A DNA stretch of 64,000 nucleotides from Candidatus Latescibacterota bacterium. GTDB lineage: Bacteria; Latescibacterota; UBA2968; GCA-2709665. A program made the translations under genes and the position numbers. The stretch covers positions 3,808,001-3,872,000 of the forward strand of contig OZ244744.1 in the NCBI GenBank assembly GCA_965219455.1. Direction: 5' to 3'. The notes beneath the pieces are model-generated. The model searched no databases, was not told the origin of the DNA, and saw nothing but the letters and a program-made list of their open reading frames with translations. Positions within the stretch are counted from its first letter, which is position 1. Each line of letters begins with the position of its first letter. Positions 43,832-53,437 of this stretch are shown in pieces.

Positions 43832-44695
43832 ATGTCCGGATGGATACCGATAGCCGCGTTGCTGGCATTTTCCGGCACGGCATTCGCACAGAGGGACTAT
43901 TCCGCGGTTGAGATTAAAGCCACCAGGCTCACGGATCGCGTCTACATGCTTGAGGGGAGCGGCGGCAACATCGGCGTGTCCGTGGGCGCGGACGGCGTCC
44001 TGATTGTCGACGATCAGTTCGCGCCGCTGGCCGGGAAGATCCGGGCCGCCATCGGCGAACTGGGCGGCGGCGATCCGACCTTTATTCTCAACACACACTT
44101 TCACGGCGATCACACGGGCGGAAATGCGCATTTCGGTGGGAAAGGCGTCATTGTCGCGCACCGGAACGTCCGAAACCGCCTTGCAGCCAGGCGTGTCGAC
44201 GACAAACCCCTGCCTTCAGCCGCCCTCCCGGAAATCACCTTCGACGAAGGACTGTCGATTCACTTCAACGGCGAGGAATTGCGCGTCGTACACTTTCCGA
44301 ATGCCCACACCGACGGCGACGGCGCCGTGTTTTTTACCGACTCCAACGTCGTCCACACCGGGGACCTCTTTTTCAACGGCAGATTTCCATACGTCGACCT
44401 CCGCGGCGGTGGAGACGTTCAGGGCTATATCGGGGCCGTCCGGTCCCTCCTGAAACAAATCCCTCCGGATGCGCGTATAATCCCCGGTCACGGACCGCTC
44501 GCAGAGCCGGCCGACCTGCGTGCGGCGCTGGAGATGCTGGAAACGTGCGCGAACCTCGTTCAGGAGGCCATCGGGGCCGGCAAGACGCGTGAGGAAGTCC
44601 AGGCCGCAGGGGTGCCGGAGAAGTGGCAATCCTGGGGCCAGGGCTGGATGAGCACCGACCGCTGGCTCGCGATCGTCTACGACAGCTACAAATAG
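43832..44695 (+). CDS. Secreted MBL-fold metallo-hydrolase
   Basis: THFHGDHTGGN, AHTDGD, HTGDL, IPGHG. Confidence 0.9.
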   Translation: MSGWIPIAALLAFSGTAFAQRDYSAVEIKATRLTDRVYMLEGSGGNIGVSVGADGVLIVDDQFAPLAGKIRAAIGELGGGDPTFILNTHFHGDHTGGNAHFGGKGVIVAHRNVRNRLAARRVDDKPLPSAALPEITFDEGLSIHFNGEELRVVHFPNAHTDGDGAVFFTDSNVVHTGDLFFNGRFPYVDLRGGGDVQGYIGAVRSLLKQIPPDARIIPGHGPLAEPADLRAALEMLETCANLVQEAIGAGKTREEVQAAGVPEKWQSWGQGWMSTDRWLAIVYDSYK

Positions 44696-44769
44696 GCTGC
44701 ACGAGGGCAGACCGGCGCCGTGCGCCGGCGGAAGGCTCAAACGTCCAACCAATCTGAGGAGGCACACCC

Positions 44770-45087
44770 ATGATAATGACCACCACACCCGGTATCGAAG
44801 GCAAAACCATCCGCGACTACAGGGGCATCGTCACCGGGGAGGCGATTCTCGGCGCGAATATTTTCAAGGACTTTTTCGCAGGAATCCGGGACATCGTGGG
44901 CGGGCGTTCGGCCGCTTATGAAAAGGAACTGAAGCGAGCCCGCGAGATCGCGCTTGGTGAGATGGAGGAAGCGGCCCGCCAGCAGGGCGGCAACGCCGTT
45001 GTGGGCATCGACCTGGATTACGAAGTCGTGGGAGGCGGCAGCATGCTGATGGTCTCGGTCAGCGGAACGGCGGTATTGATCGACTGA
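44770..45087 (+). CDS. ybjQ: UPF0145 heavy-metal-binding protein
   Basis: [33 protein letters not shown]; GTAV. Confidence 0.9.
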   Translation: MIMTTTPGIEGKTIRDYRGIVTGEAILGANIFKDFFAGIRDIVGGRSAAYEKELKRAREIALGEMEEAARQQGGNAVVGIDLDYEVVGGGSMLMVSVSGTAVLID

Positions 45088-45094
45088 CCGGCGC

Positions 45095-45124
45095 GAAGCG
45101 GGCAACCACAAGGGTCGCCCCTAC
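45095..45124. repeat. GTAG-type REP palindrome (copy 2)
   Basis: One mismatch to 43769-43798. Confidence 0.75.
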
Positions 45125-45163
45125 ATACACGCTTCCGGCTGTTGGTTAAACGCCGAACGCGTC

Positions 45164-45192
45164 TTGCACAGGTTACTGAAATTCGCTATGAT
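45164..45192 (+). promoter_or_regulatory. Putative sigma70 promoter of the aspartic protease gene
   Basis: TTGCAC-N17-TATGAT; a similar promoter precedes the pseudogene copy near 49055. Confidence 0.55.
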
Positions 45193-45236
45193 TCAAAGAA
45201 TTCAATAGTGAAACCTGTTCACTAGGAGAACGGCCA

Positions 45237-45599
45237 ATGGGCGCGACCTATGTTGACGTAACCATCCGCAACCCCGCGGATCCGGGACGCAGCTGGACAG
45301 GCAGTTTCCTCGTCGATACAGGCGCGTTCGATTCGCTCGTGCCACGGGTGCAACTCGATGCGATCGGGCTCACACCGAGAGGCAGCCGCGAGTACGTGCT
45401 TGCAGACGGAAAATCCGTCGCCATGGACATCACGATAGCGGAACTTGAGTTTGAGGGTGAAGTCGTGGGCGGAACCATTGTCTATGGGGATGTGGGCGCC
45501 GAACCTCTACTCGGCGTAACTGCTCTGGAATCAGGCGGATTCGAAGTCGACCCTCGCAATGAAGAATTAAAGCGGCTGCCGGCGGTTCTGTTGAAATGA
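45237..45599 (+). CDS. Clan AA (retropepsin-like) aspartic protease
   Basis: FLVDTGA, LADG, PLLGVTALE. Confidence 0.9.
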   Translation: MGATYVDVTIRNPADPGRSWTGSFLVDTGAFDSLVPRVQLDAIGLTPRGSREYVLADGKSVAMDITIAELEFEGEVVGGTIVYGDVGAEPLLGVTALESGGFEVDPRNEELKRLPAVLLK

Positions 45600-45725
45600 C
45601 GTGGAGGAGCCGGCGTAGAACTCATAGCAATCTCTCTTGTCATATTTCGGCTTGACAAGACCCCCGGATACGTAAGATTTCTACTTAAACTGAGCACACG
45701 GCAAATCCATCCTCCGGGGTATCAC

Positions 45726-45974
45726 ATGAACGGTAAGATCTTCAATGAAGACAATCTTCGATTCGCCATTTTTCTACTGGCCTTATGGGGATCTCTATGG
45801 AGTTTCTCATCTGGAATCAACCAAAGAATAGATAGACTCGAAGATCGACTGACTCAAAGCATAGGCAAATTAGAAAATAAAATGGAAACAAGGTTTGACG
45901 CGATTGATTCACGTTTGGATTCCTTCGGGGAGCGCATTGCCGCGAACGAAGCAAAAATAAACGCCAAAGAGTAA
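45726..45974 (+). CDS. Small AT-rich protein: one TM helix plus coiled coil
   Basis: Hydrophobic helix followed by RIDRLEDRL heptads. Confidence 0.55.
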   Translation: MNGKIFNEDNLRFAIFLLALWGSLWSFSSGINQRIDRLEDRLTQSIGKLENKMETRFDAIDSRLDSFGERIAANEAKINAKE

Positions 45975-46573
45975 AACCATCCGCCCGACAATCCCGCCAA
46001 CATCCCACCTGCCAGTATAACCTATTGGCAGGCTTTGTTATGCCATCCTGCCTGAATTGCGATCCCCCTCCCACTGTCATCCTGAGGAGGCCGCCCTGCC
46101 TGCCGGAGAATCATTGGCAGGCAGGCTGACGAAGGATCTACTGCGGCATGGGACCATTCCCGCACGAGTTGCCGGTGTCGAAACCTGAGAGGCGGCACGT
46201 CCGCCCCTTCTTGCGGCGTCGGTTCTCTGTTGTTTCCCATAGCGACGTCGAAAAAAGAAAAACGGCATGCGATTCGAATCGCTATCGCGAATCCGTGTCT
46301 CATTGGGCGAAAAAACACAAGAATTCACCAAGAATTCATCACAAACAGCCTGCATTTCAGTGATAATTCAACAAATATGTGTTAATTTGCCGTGTACACC
46401 GACGCAATTTGCAACACATTTGTTTACCATCGAGCCGCTGAGTCACCCTCGCGCGGTACCGTCCGTAGATTCGAGTCAGAATGCCGTCCCTGGATTCCAC
46501 GGCCCCGGGCAGCGGCGGGCGACGGTTGCGGTTCACGAATTAAAGAGGTTACGTGACAATTTCCTTTATTTCA

Positions 46574-46592
46574 TGTCGCAATAGTTGCGACA
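46574..46592. promoter_or_regulatory. Inverted repeat upstream of the WYL gene (candidate operator)
   Basis: TGTCGCAA-tag-TTGCGACA. Confidence 0.5.
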
Positions 46593-46624
46593 ATCCGTAG
46601 TTACGTTTTCGCGGAGGATTCCAA

Positions 46625-47593
46625 ATGGAACGAACGATGAGCCGCGCCGCGCGGCTCAAGGCGATCGAAACCTTTCTCTATCGATCCGCGGGCGGAAGGA
46701 GAGCGACCGATATCGCCGCGCGATTCGGCGTGCATCGAAGTACGGTGTACCGGGACATTCAGTCGCTGGGGGAGGCGGGTTCACCGATTTGGGAGGATAA
46801 CGGGCGGTTCGGCGTGCTGAAGGACAAGTATCTGACCACCGTCCGGGTGAATCTGCACGAGGCGCTCGCGCTCTACCTGGCCGCGCGCCTGCTCTCCGCG
46901 CACAGCGACGAACACAATCCCCACGTGGTGTCCGCCCTCGAGAAACTCTCAAGCGCAATACCCGAGTCCATTGGCGAACACATCAATCGGACCGCGGCGG
47001 TCGCCGACAAACGCAGACCCGATCCCGATCATATCCGCGTTCTGGAAACGCTCACGCGCGCCTGGTCCGAACGCAGGCAGGTGCGTCTGATCTACCACAA
47101 CCCGCAAACCGGCGAAACCACCGGGCGCACGATAGATCCCTACTTTATCGAGCCGTCACCCGTGGGATACGCAAGCTATGTTATCGGATATGACCATTTG
47201 CGGCGGGATATTCGAGAGTTCAAGGTGGAGCGCATCCAGCGGGCGACGCTGTTGGAGGCGATGTACGAAACGAGGGAAGGATTCGACCCGTACGATTTCC
47301 TGCAGCATTCGTGGGGCATTATGGGTGGGGACGAGGTTGTGGATGTCGTGCTTCGGTTTTCAGCGAAGGTAGCGTACCGCGTGCGTGAATCGGACTGGCC
47401 TGGCGTGGTGGAGGTGGCGGACGAGCCGGACGGCGGCTGCAGAATGCGGCTCACGGTGAAGCATACGCTGGAGATGAAACCGTGGATTCGAGGATGGGGG
47501 CCGGAGTGCGAGGTACTGGCGCCGGAGGACCTGAGACGGACGATTGCGGAAGATATGATTGCGGCGGGGGAGGTCTATCGCAAAAGGTCGTAA
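46625..47593 (+). CDS. HTH-WYL-WCX transcriptional regulator
   Basis: ARFGVHRSTVYRDI HTH; RTIDPY..YVIGYD..REFKVERI WYL; WIRGWGPECEVLAP WCX. Confidence 0.92.
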   Translation: MERTMSRAARLKAIETFLYRSAGGRRATDIAARFGVHRSTVYRDIQSLGEAGSPIWEDNGRFGVLKDKYLTTVRVNLHEALALYLAARLLSAHSDEHNPHVVSALEKLSSAIPESIGEHINRTAAVADKRRPDPDHIRVLETLTRAWSERRQVRLIYHNPQTGETTGRTIDPYFIEPSPVGYASYVIGYDHLRRDIREFKVERIQRATLLEAMYETREGFDPYDFLQHSWGIMGGDEVVDVVLRFSAKVAYRVRESDWPGVVEVADEPDGGCRMRLTVKHTLEMKPWIRGWGPECEVLAPEDLRRTIAEDMIAAGEVYRKRS

Positions 47594-47810
47594 AGCAGGA
47601 ATCTCCCCCAAAACGTCCGCTACAGAGAGATTTATCTTGTCGGATGAAACGCATGGCATTGCGCGAAACGAGACGGATGTTGGGTAGTGCTCTTGCGTCT
47701 CCCACGGGTGTTGCATTTTGCAACACCCGGGAGCGCGGGGGGATCTTGCCCGCAACGTCGCGGCGCTGACATCACCCGATTGGCTTTTACTGACCGCTGC
47801 CTGCGTCTTG

Positions 47811-48122
47811 TTACTGCTTCGCCAGCGGTTCGATAGATAGCCTGAAGCCGAGGCTGTTCAGGATTTTCTCCATTGTGTCCAGACGAGGATTGCCCTTTTC
47901 GGAAAGCGCCTTGTATACGTGGGCTCGGTTCAGGTTCGCCTGCCTGGCCAATCGTCCCATCCCGCCCTGTATCGTGGCTACGTCCTTGAGTGCAAGCAGA
48001 AGGATCGATCTGTCCTTGTCTCTGGCGTAATCTTCCAGGGCGACCTCGAGGTAGGCGCGAGCGCGTTCTGGATCACTGAGGAATTCGAAATGGTGCTTTT
48101 CAAACGGGATGGAAGGCTTCAT
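47811..48122 (-). CDS. Addiction-module antitoxin (HI1420-type HTH)
   Basis: AYLEVALE, GGMGRLARQANLNRAHVYKALSEKGNPRLDT. Confidence 0.9.
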   Translation of the reverse strand: MKPSIPFEKHHFEFLSDPERARAYLEVALEDYARDKDRSILLLALKDVATIQGGMGRLARQANLNRAHVYKALSEKGNPRLDTMEKILNSLGFRLSIEPLAKQ

Positions 48123-48445
48123 CGGAAACGCTCCTTGTAGTCAGCCAGGTAAGCTATCGCTCGCTCGATATCTCTCTGCTGCGTACTCTTGTCTCCGCCA
48201 CACAGCAGGAGTAGGCTGTCTGTAGCGACACGCGTGAAATAGATTCGAAAACCCGGACCGAAGTCCACGCGCATCTCAATGACACCGCCACCGATGGGCC
48301 GGTGGTCGCCCAGAAGGCCCAGACTCAAACGGCGGAGACGGGCTTCTATGCGAGCCTGTGTCCGGATATCCCGAAGCGCGCCGAACCATTCAGTAAAGGG
48401 CTGTCTGCCGTTTCGAGCGACGTATATTTCAACCGTGAACCCCAT
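48119..48445 (-). CDS. RelE/HigB-type addiction-module toxin (HI1419-type)
   Basis: PFTEWF, RLSLGLLGD, EMRVDFGPGFRIYF, LLCGGDKSTQQRDI. Confidence 0.9.
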   Translation of the reverse strand: MGFTVEIYVARNGRQPFTEWFGALRDIRTQARIEARLRRLSLGLLGDHRPIGGGVIEMRVDFGPGFRIYFTRVATDSLLLLCGGDKSTQQRDIERAIAYLADYKERFR

Positions 48446-48811
48446 CAGGTATCTAATGTACGTTATAACAGATATCATGGCAACTAAGATCCTCCGCCAC
48501 CAGGCCGTCTGCCGCACGCTGCCTGCCGGGTTCTTCCCGCCGCTGTCGCATTTTGCAACACCCGGGAGCGAGGGCATCTTGCCCTCGACGCGCTCTTTCT
48601 GGTCCTGCTACGTCACGGCGCAGGCGTGAACTGATTGGCCTTTTTGCCGTCCGCCGGGTTCTTGGCCCCTCTGTTGCATTTTGCGACACTCTTGATCACG
48701 GGCGTAACGCTTGCCCGAACGCCTGTTTTCTCGCACCGGTGTCGCGTTTGTAGCGGCGAGGATAACGTTCACATGACGTCGGCGCCATTGGCTGATCCAT
48801 GCGTGGTATCC

Positions 48812-48839
48812 GTAGGGGCGACCGGCCGGTCGCCCCTAC
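48812..48839. repeat. GTAG-type REP palindrome
   Basis: gtaggggcgaccggccggtcgcccctac. Confidence 0.7.
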
Positions 48840-49126
48840 ATAAGCAACGCGGGCGCGAGGTTTGGTGTGCCCGATTGCCCTCTTGCTTTTTCCGTCTTGC
48901 CTCTTGGCTTTTTGTCTCTGGCTGCTCGCTGCCCGCTGCATCCCCGACGCTGTTTTTACCGCGCCGTCGTTGCAAACCGCACGGGCAGCCGGCCCAAACT
49001 TGCACTGGCGCCTGGATGAGGGCCGGTAAAGTGGTCCGCAGCTTCGTCAACGGCTTGCAATGGGTACGTGAATTCACTATGATTGCAGGAAATGACGGTA
49101 TAATCCATTCGCACGGAGAACCGCGT

Positions 49127-49490
49127 GTGGGTGCAACCTACGTTGACGTAACCATCCGCAATCCTGCGGATCCGGAACGAAGTTGGACAGGCAAATTCCT
49201 CGTCGATGCCGGCGCGTTCGACTCGTTCGTGACGGGGCGCAACTCGAATCGATCAGACTTACACTGAGTAGGACGCCGCGAGTACGTAATTGAGGACGGA
49301 AAACCCGTCGCCATGGACATAACTATCGCGGAAATCGAGTTTGAGGGTGAAGTTGGGGGTGGAACCATCGTTTCTGGGATGAAGGCGCCCGACCCCCGCT
49401 CGGCGTTACGGCACTGGAACCAGGCGGATTCGAGGTCGGCCCGCGAAACGAAGAATTGAAGCAGTTGAGGGGGATTCTGTTGACGGGATG
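49127..49490 (+). pseudogene. Degraded paralog of the 45237 aspartic protease
   Basis: VGATYVDVTIRNPADP..FLVDAGA (DTG changed to DAG), premature TGA at 49265, frameshifts; DNA collinear with 45237-45599. Confidence 0.85.
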
Positions 49491-49502
49491 TGGGTAGTTG
49501 TC

Positions 49503-49531
49503 TTGCATAGTGAACATATTTTCACTATATT
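49503..49531 (+). promoter_or_regulatory. Putative cas-operon promoter overlapped by a palindrome
   Basis: TTGCAT-N17-TATATT; ATAGTGAA-N6-TTCACTAT at 49507-49528. Confidence 0.55.
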
Positions 49532-49589
49532 TCTAACGTACAAATTGATGGTCGTAGCACATCATACCCAGCACATCAAGATCACAACT

Positions 49590-49673
49590 ATGGAATACTA
49601 CGCACACGAAGGCCAGTCTTTGGTAGAACATCTGCGTGCGGTGGCCTTGGACCCGACTCACGTAGGGGTATAA
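49590..49673 (+). pseudogene. cas3: N-terminal stub of a Cas3 HD domain
   Basis: MEYYAHEGQSLVEHLRAVA resembles the YAH...L.EHL..VA start of Cas3 HD, followed by a stop. Confidence 0.55.
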
Positions 49674-49688
49674 CTCTGGAGGAACTGG

Positions 49689-50318
49689 ATGAAATCCTAT
49701 ACAGTGCAACTCGAAATTGCCGGTCCTACGGCCATGTGGACTCGGCCGGACACCGGATCGTCACCGGTGTCTTATGTGGCACCTACCTTCAGTGCAGTGA
49801 AAGGAATCTTTGAGTCTGTCCTTCGTTGGAAATCCGCAAATGTGCGCCCGGTGAAAGTGGAAATATGCCGGCCAGTCCAGTTTCATCGTTACGTCACCAA
49901 CTACGGCGGGCCATTGCGTGCATCTGACGCAATAAGGAAAGGCGCATCATTCCAGTTATTTGCGATGGTGCTGGTGAACGTTTGCTACCGGCTCTACGCT
50001 GAGGTGGACTGGAATCGCGGGCCAAACGGGGAACGGGCGCAGGCACCTGATGGTCAATGTTCACCTCATGCTTTTCAGGATGCCTTCAACCGTCGGTTGG
50101 TGAACGGCCAGTGGTTTTATACGCCCTGCCTCGGGTGGAAGGAGTTCGCCCCGGATTATATGGGGCCGTTTCGTCCAGAGACATGCGTGTGCGAAAGCGA
50201 AAGTCACGAATTGCCCTCCATGTTGCGCATGGTATTTGACCGCCCGCAGCAAGGTTGCATCAAGCCAAGCTTCAGCCAGGGAATGAAAGTTGAGAAAGGA
50301 GTCCTGGTCTATGCTTAA
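49689..50318 (+). CDS. cas5: Cas5 (type I-C-like)
   Basis: LEIAGPTAMWTRPD..VSYVAPTFSAVKGIFESVL; PCLGWKEF. Confidence 0.9.
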   Translation: MKSYTVQLEIAGPTAMWTRPDTGSSPVSYVAPTFSAVKGIFESVLRWKSANVRPVKVEICRPVQFHRYVTNYGGPLRASDAIRKGASFQLFAMVLVNVCYRLYAEVDWNRGPNGERAQAPDGQCSPHAFQDAFNRRLVNGQWFYTPCLGWKEFAPDYMGPFRPETCVCESESHELPSMLRMVFDRPQQGCIKPSFSQGMKVEKGVLVYA

Positions 50319-52506
50319 TGAACTGTATCAGGTCTCGCAGAGTCTGGAGCGCGTGGGCATCAATTTCCCATCGCGAGATTCGCGCATCAGCCCGATGGGA
50401 AAGAATAGGGAATTGTTGATCGTGCGGCTGAATGACGATGCGGAACTGTCCGACATGGAGTTCGTTTCAGGAGCAGTGGCAGCCAATCTTTATCGGGTTG
50501 AGCACGGTTCGGCGGGTTCCAGCTTCCCCGGGTTCAATCTCCCCACGCCACTTCGAGACCTCACTCAGGTATCCACTGACTTGAAACCTGTTTTGCAGCG
50601 GCTCAGTGACCTTTGGAAAAAAAAGGATTCATCTACAGAGCAGATTCACGATGCCATGAAGGAACTCGCTCAATTGTCTTGTGGGTACCCATTCACCGGC
50701 AGTCAATGCAAGCAGTTCAAGCGCTCGGTCATCGAGTTGGTTCAGGAGCTTCAAGGCACGTTCTGCAAGGCCGGGCCGGAACTGACCAGCTTCAAACGAC
50801 TTTTGGATGTGGTCGGACGAGCCGAACTCGACTTAGAGCGGTTCGTCCAGAACCTAACGAACGCCTTGCTTCGGACGGCGAAGACAACAGACCGCAAGAC
50901 CCTCTCCTCAATTCAGGGAGTCTTATTCGGTGTGCTTGATTGGAAAAAGCGCAGTGCCGATTTGGGAACAGTCGAATACGAAGAAGAAAAGGCAAAGCGA
51001 GATAAAAACGCCAATCAACCTATTTATCTGGATGTAGCAAATATGGATCACAGATTCAAGCCCGTCGCTCATCAGGATACGAGTAAAGCGATAAACAAAA
51101 TTCTGGTCCAGCAATCCAATGCGGAAGATCAGACTGATCAAAGTGTGGTTGACGCCTTTGGAAGTCGAGGTTCATTGCAGGACAAGTATCCAACGCCAAA
51201 GATCGCAAAACTCGGTGATATGAAGCTTTTTTCAGTGAATACGAACGAAATTTCAGCATTGAATCGCTATGGACTGAAGGGATCCAAGCAGTTCCCAGCA
51301 TCCACTCAGGTCGTACAGAAGATGAGCGACGTTCTGCTCTACTTGGGTGATGAAGGAAGAGAAGAGGGCGTTACTTGGAAGCCAGTCCCGGGTAACCTTG
51401 TGGACAGAAAGGGTAAAAACAAAAACGACTTGTTGATCGCCTATCTGGAGGAAGCACCGGAATTTCAGGAAGAACTGGCCGATCTATTCGGTGGCGAGGC
51501 ACCGTCCTTTGGTGATGACGATTTCGCGGCACGTACGCAGCCCGTGCTACAGGTATTAGATGCCAAGTTAAAGACGGAGCCGAACCTGAAAGTTCGACTT
51601 CTGGCGCTCTGTTCACTCGACAAGGCACGCAAGCAGATCAGCCTGCATCGCCAGTTCCGTGTGCAGGACGTCGTTCAGGCGGCTTGTGGGTGGAAGACCG
51701 GAGCCGCCAACACGCCGCCTGTTTCCATCTGGTTCTATGACAAGAAGGAAAAGAAAGCTGTATGGAAACCTCATGTTGTACCTCACCCACTTGACCTGAC
51801 ATCGGTCATAAATCGCGTCTGGAATTCCGACCCCAAGTCCGGCTTTAAATTCAAATTCCAGCGAGCTGTCATGACGTCGGACGCTTACGACGTATTCTTT
51901 GCTGACGGACCAATATCCGAGAGTAAGACGCGCTCTTGCTTTTCTCTTCTTTTGCATCGGATGTCTCCGGTCCTTGTTCGCCTCGGTGGAGTCAAGACCA
52001 GCCGTAATTGGAAAAACTTGAGTGAGACAATTCGCTGGCAATGCAGGAAGGCGATTTCACTCATCGGCATTCTCCTTCATCAACTCGAACATCGAAAGGA
52101 TCAATTTATGAAAGACTCAATCTATCAAATCGGGCGGCTGCTGGCTCTGGCCGACAGCCTGCATTTTCAATACTGTAAGTGGGTCCGCACCTCGGACGGC
52201 AAGCGCAAGAACGGCGAGGTGGATGCGCCTTCCGAATTGCTCGGCAACTCACTTTTCAACTTCGCCCTCGAAGACCCGGTAGCGGCACTCGCCCGTCTCG
52301 CCGAGCGTATTCGGCCGTACAAGGGCTGGGCAGATACCTACTCGGGTGAGGACGCAGGATTGGTTCACTGGTTTGTTCGCCAAATGGGCGAATGCGAACG
52401 CCAGTTTGATGCTACCGATCTTCCCAATCGCATGGAAGACATTCACAAAGCGCAACTCCTTCTCGGCTACTTGGCCGATCATCCGAAGACTGAAATGGAG
52501 GATTAA
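50311..52506 (+). CDS. cas8: Divergent Cas8 large subunit
   Basis: Lies between cas5 and cas7; MLNELY start; C-terminal YQIGRLLA...LLGY resembles Cas8c/Cas11. Confidence 0.7.
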   Translation: MLNELYQVSQSLERVGINFPSRDSRISPMGKNRELLIVRLNDDAELSDMEFVSGAVAANLYRVEHGSAGSSFPGFNLPTPLRDLTQVSTDLKPVLQRLSDLWKKKDSSTEQIHDAMKELAQLSCGYPFTGSQCKQFKRSVIELVQELQGTFCKAGPELTSFKRLLDVVGRAELDLERFVQNLTNALLRTAKTTDRKTLSSIQGVLFGVLDWKKRSADLGTVEYEEEKAKRDKNANQPIYLDVANMDHRFKPVAHQDTSKAINKILVQQSNAEDQTDQSVVDAFGSRGSLQDKYPTPKIAKLGDMKLFSVNTNEISALNRYGLKGSKQFPASTQVVQKMSDVLLYLGDEGREEGVTWKPVPGNLVDRKGKNKNDLLIAYLEEAPEFQEELADLFGGEAPSFGDDDFAARTQPVLQVLDAKLKTEPNLKVRLLALCSLDKARKQISLHRQFRVQDVVQAACGWKTGAANTPPVSIWFYDKKEKKAVWKPHVVPHPLDLTSVINRVWNSDPKSGFKFKFQRAVMTSDAYDVFFADGPISESKTRSCFSLLLHRMSPVLVRLGGVKTSRNWKNLSETIRWQCRKAISLIGILLHQLEHRKDQFMKDSIYQIGRLLALADSLHFQYCKWVRTSDGKRKNGEVDAPSELLGNSLFNFALEDPVAALARLAERIRPYKGWADTYSGEDAGLVHWFVRQMGECERQFDATDLPNRMEDIHKAQLLLGYLADHPKTEMED
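52108..52506 (+). CDS. cas11: Putative internally translated Cas11 small subunit
   Basis: Internal SD AAAGGA plus in-frame ATG immediately before YQIGRLLA; 132 aa. Confidence 0.6.
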   Translation: MKDSIYQIGRLLALADSLHFQYCKWVRTSDGKRKNGEVDAPSELLGNSLFNFALEDPVAALARLAERIRPYKGWADTYSGEDAGLVHWFVRQMGECERQFDATDLPNRMEDIHKAQLLLGYLADHPKTEMED

Positions 52507-52511
52507 CGTAT

Positions 52512-53435
52512 ATGAATGCTAAAGAACAAAGAGACACCACCCGGGTTCCTCGAATCACTGGGCTGCTTGTCATTGAAGTCCGCAAATCCAACCCCAACGG
52601 CGACCCTGAACGCGAAAGTTCGCCGCGCCAGCGCCCAGACGCCAAAGGCGAGATCTCGCCGGTGTCCATCAAACGCAAGCTCCGTGATCTGGTCTTGGAA
52701 AAAGAGGGCGTGGTCTGGCAGGAGCTCAAGGGCAAACTGGAAATTCAGAGTGACCAGCAGTTCCAGATTCTCGAGTATCGCGGGAGAAACCGCGACGAAA
52801 TCAGAAAACTCATGGAAACTCCGAAGGGCCAACTCTCCCAAGCGTTCAAAGATGCCTACTGGGACGGACGCCTGTTTGGGAATACGTTCCTCGAAGAAGG
52901 CGGTGGGGATACGATCCGTGCCGGGGTGGCACATTTCGGCGTCGGCGTTTCTGTGGCACCGATAGAAATCGAGTTTTCAACGTGGACGAACATGGCTGGT
53001 GTTCAAGAGGGCAAAGATCGCGGCATGGCCCCAATGGGATTTCGCGTCCTAAAACATGGCGTTTATGCTGCACCTTTTTTCGTCAATCCCAGTTTGGCCC
53101 ACAAGACGGGATGTACGAAACTCGACATTGACCTGATGCTTGAGCTTCTACCACTGGCATACGCGCATACCCGCTCGGTTGTTCGAACAATGGTCGAGGT
53201 AGTTCACGCTCACGTTTTCACCCATAATAAGCCGCTCGGTTCGCTGTCGGATTTCGCTCTACTGGATGCGCTCACGCCCCGCAAGACATCGGACCTGGAC
53301 AAGCCGTCAAACTCACTGGGCGAGTACGAGATTCCGACTTGGGATGAGATCAAAGAGAAACCTATTCGGGCCGGAGCCAAGAAAACATTTTCGGATTGCG
53401 GAACTTACCGCGACTACACACTTGATAGCGAGTAA
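52512..53435 (+). CDS. cas7: Cas7 (Csd2/Cas7c-like)
   Basis: SNPNGDP..PR, SIKRKLRD, YWDGRLFG, AHKTG. Confidence 0.9.
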   Translation: MNAKEQRDTTRVPRITGLLVIEVRKSNPNGDPERESSPRQRPDAKGEISPVSIKRKLRDLVLEKEGVVWQELKGKLEIQSDQQFQILEYRGRNRDEIRKLMETPKGQLSQAFKDAYWDGRLFGNTFLEEGGGDTIRAGVAHFGVGVSVAPIEIEFSTWTNMAGVQEGKDRGMAPMGFRVLKHGVYAAPFFVNPSLAHKTGCTKLDIDLMLELLPLAYAHTRSVVRTMVEVVHAHVFTHNKPLGSLSDFALLDALTPRKTSDLDKPSNSLGEYEIPTWDEIKEKPIRAGAKKTFSDCGTYRDYTLDSE

Positions 53436-53437
53436 AC

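Noticed and set aside
48635-49267. 210-aa ORF
   Set aside because: It reads through REP and low-complexity DNA into the protease pseudogene.
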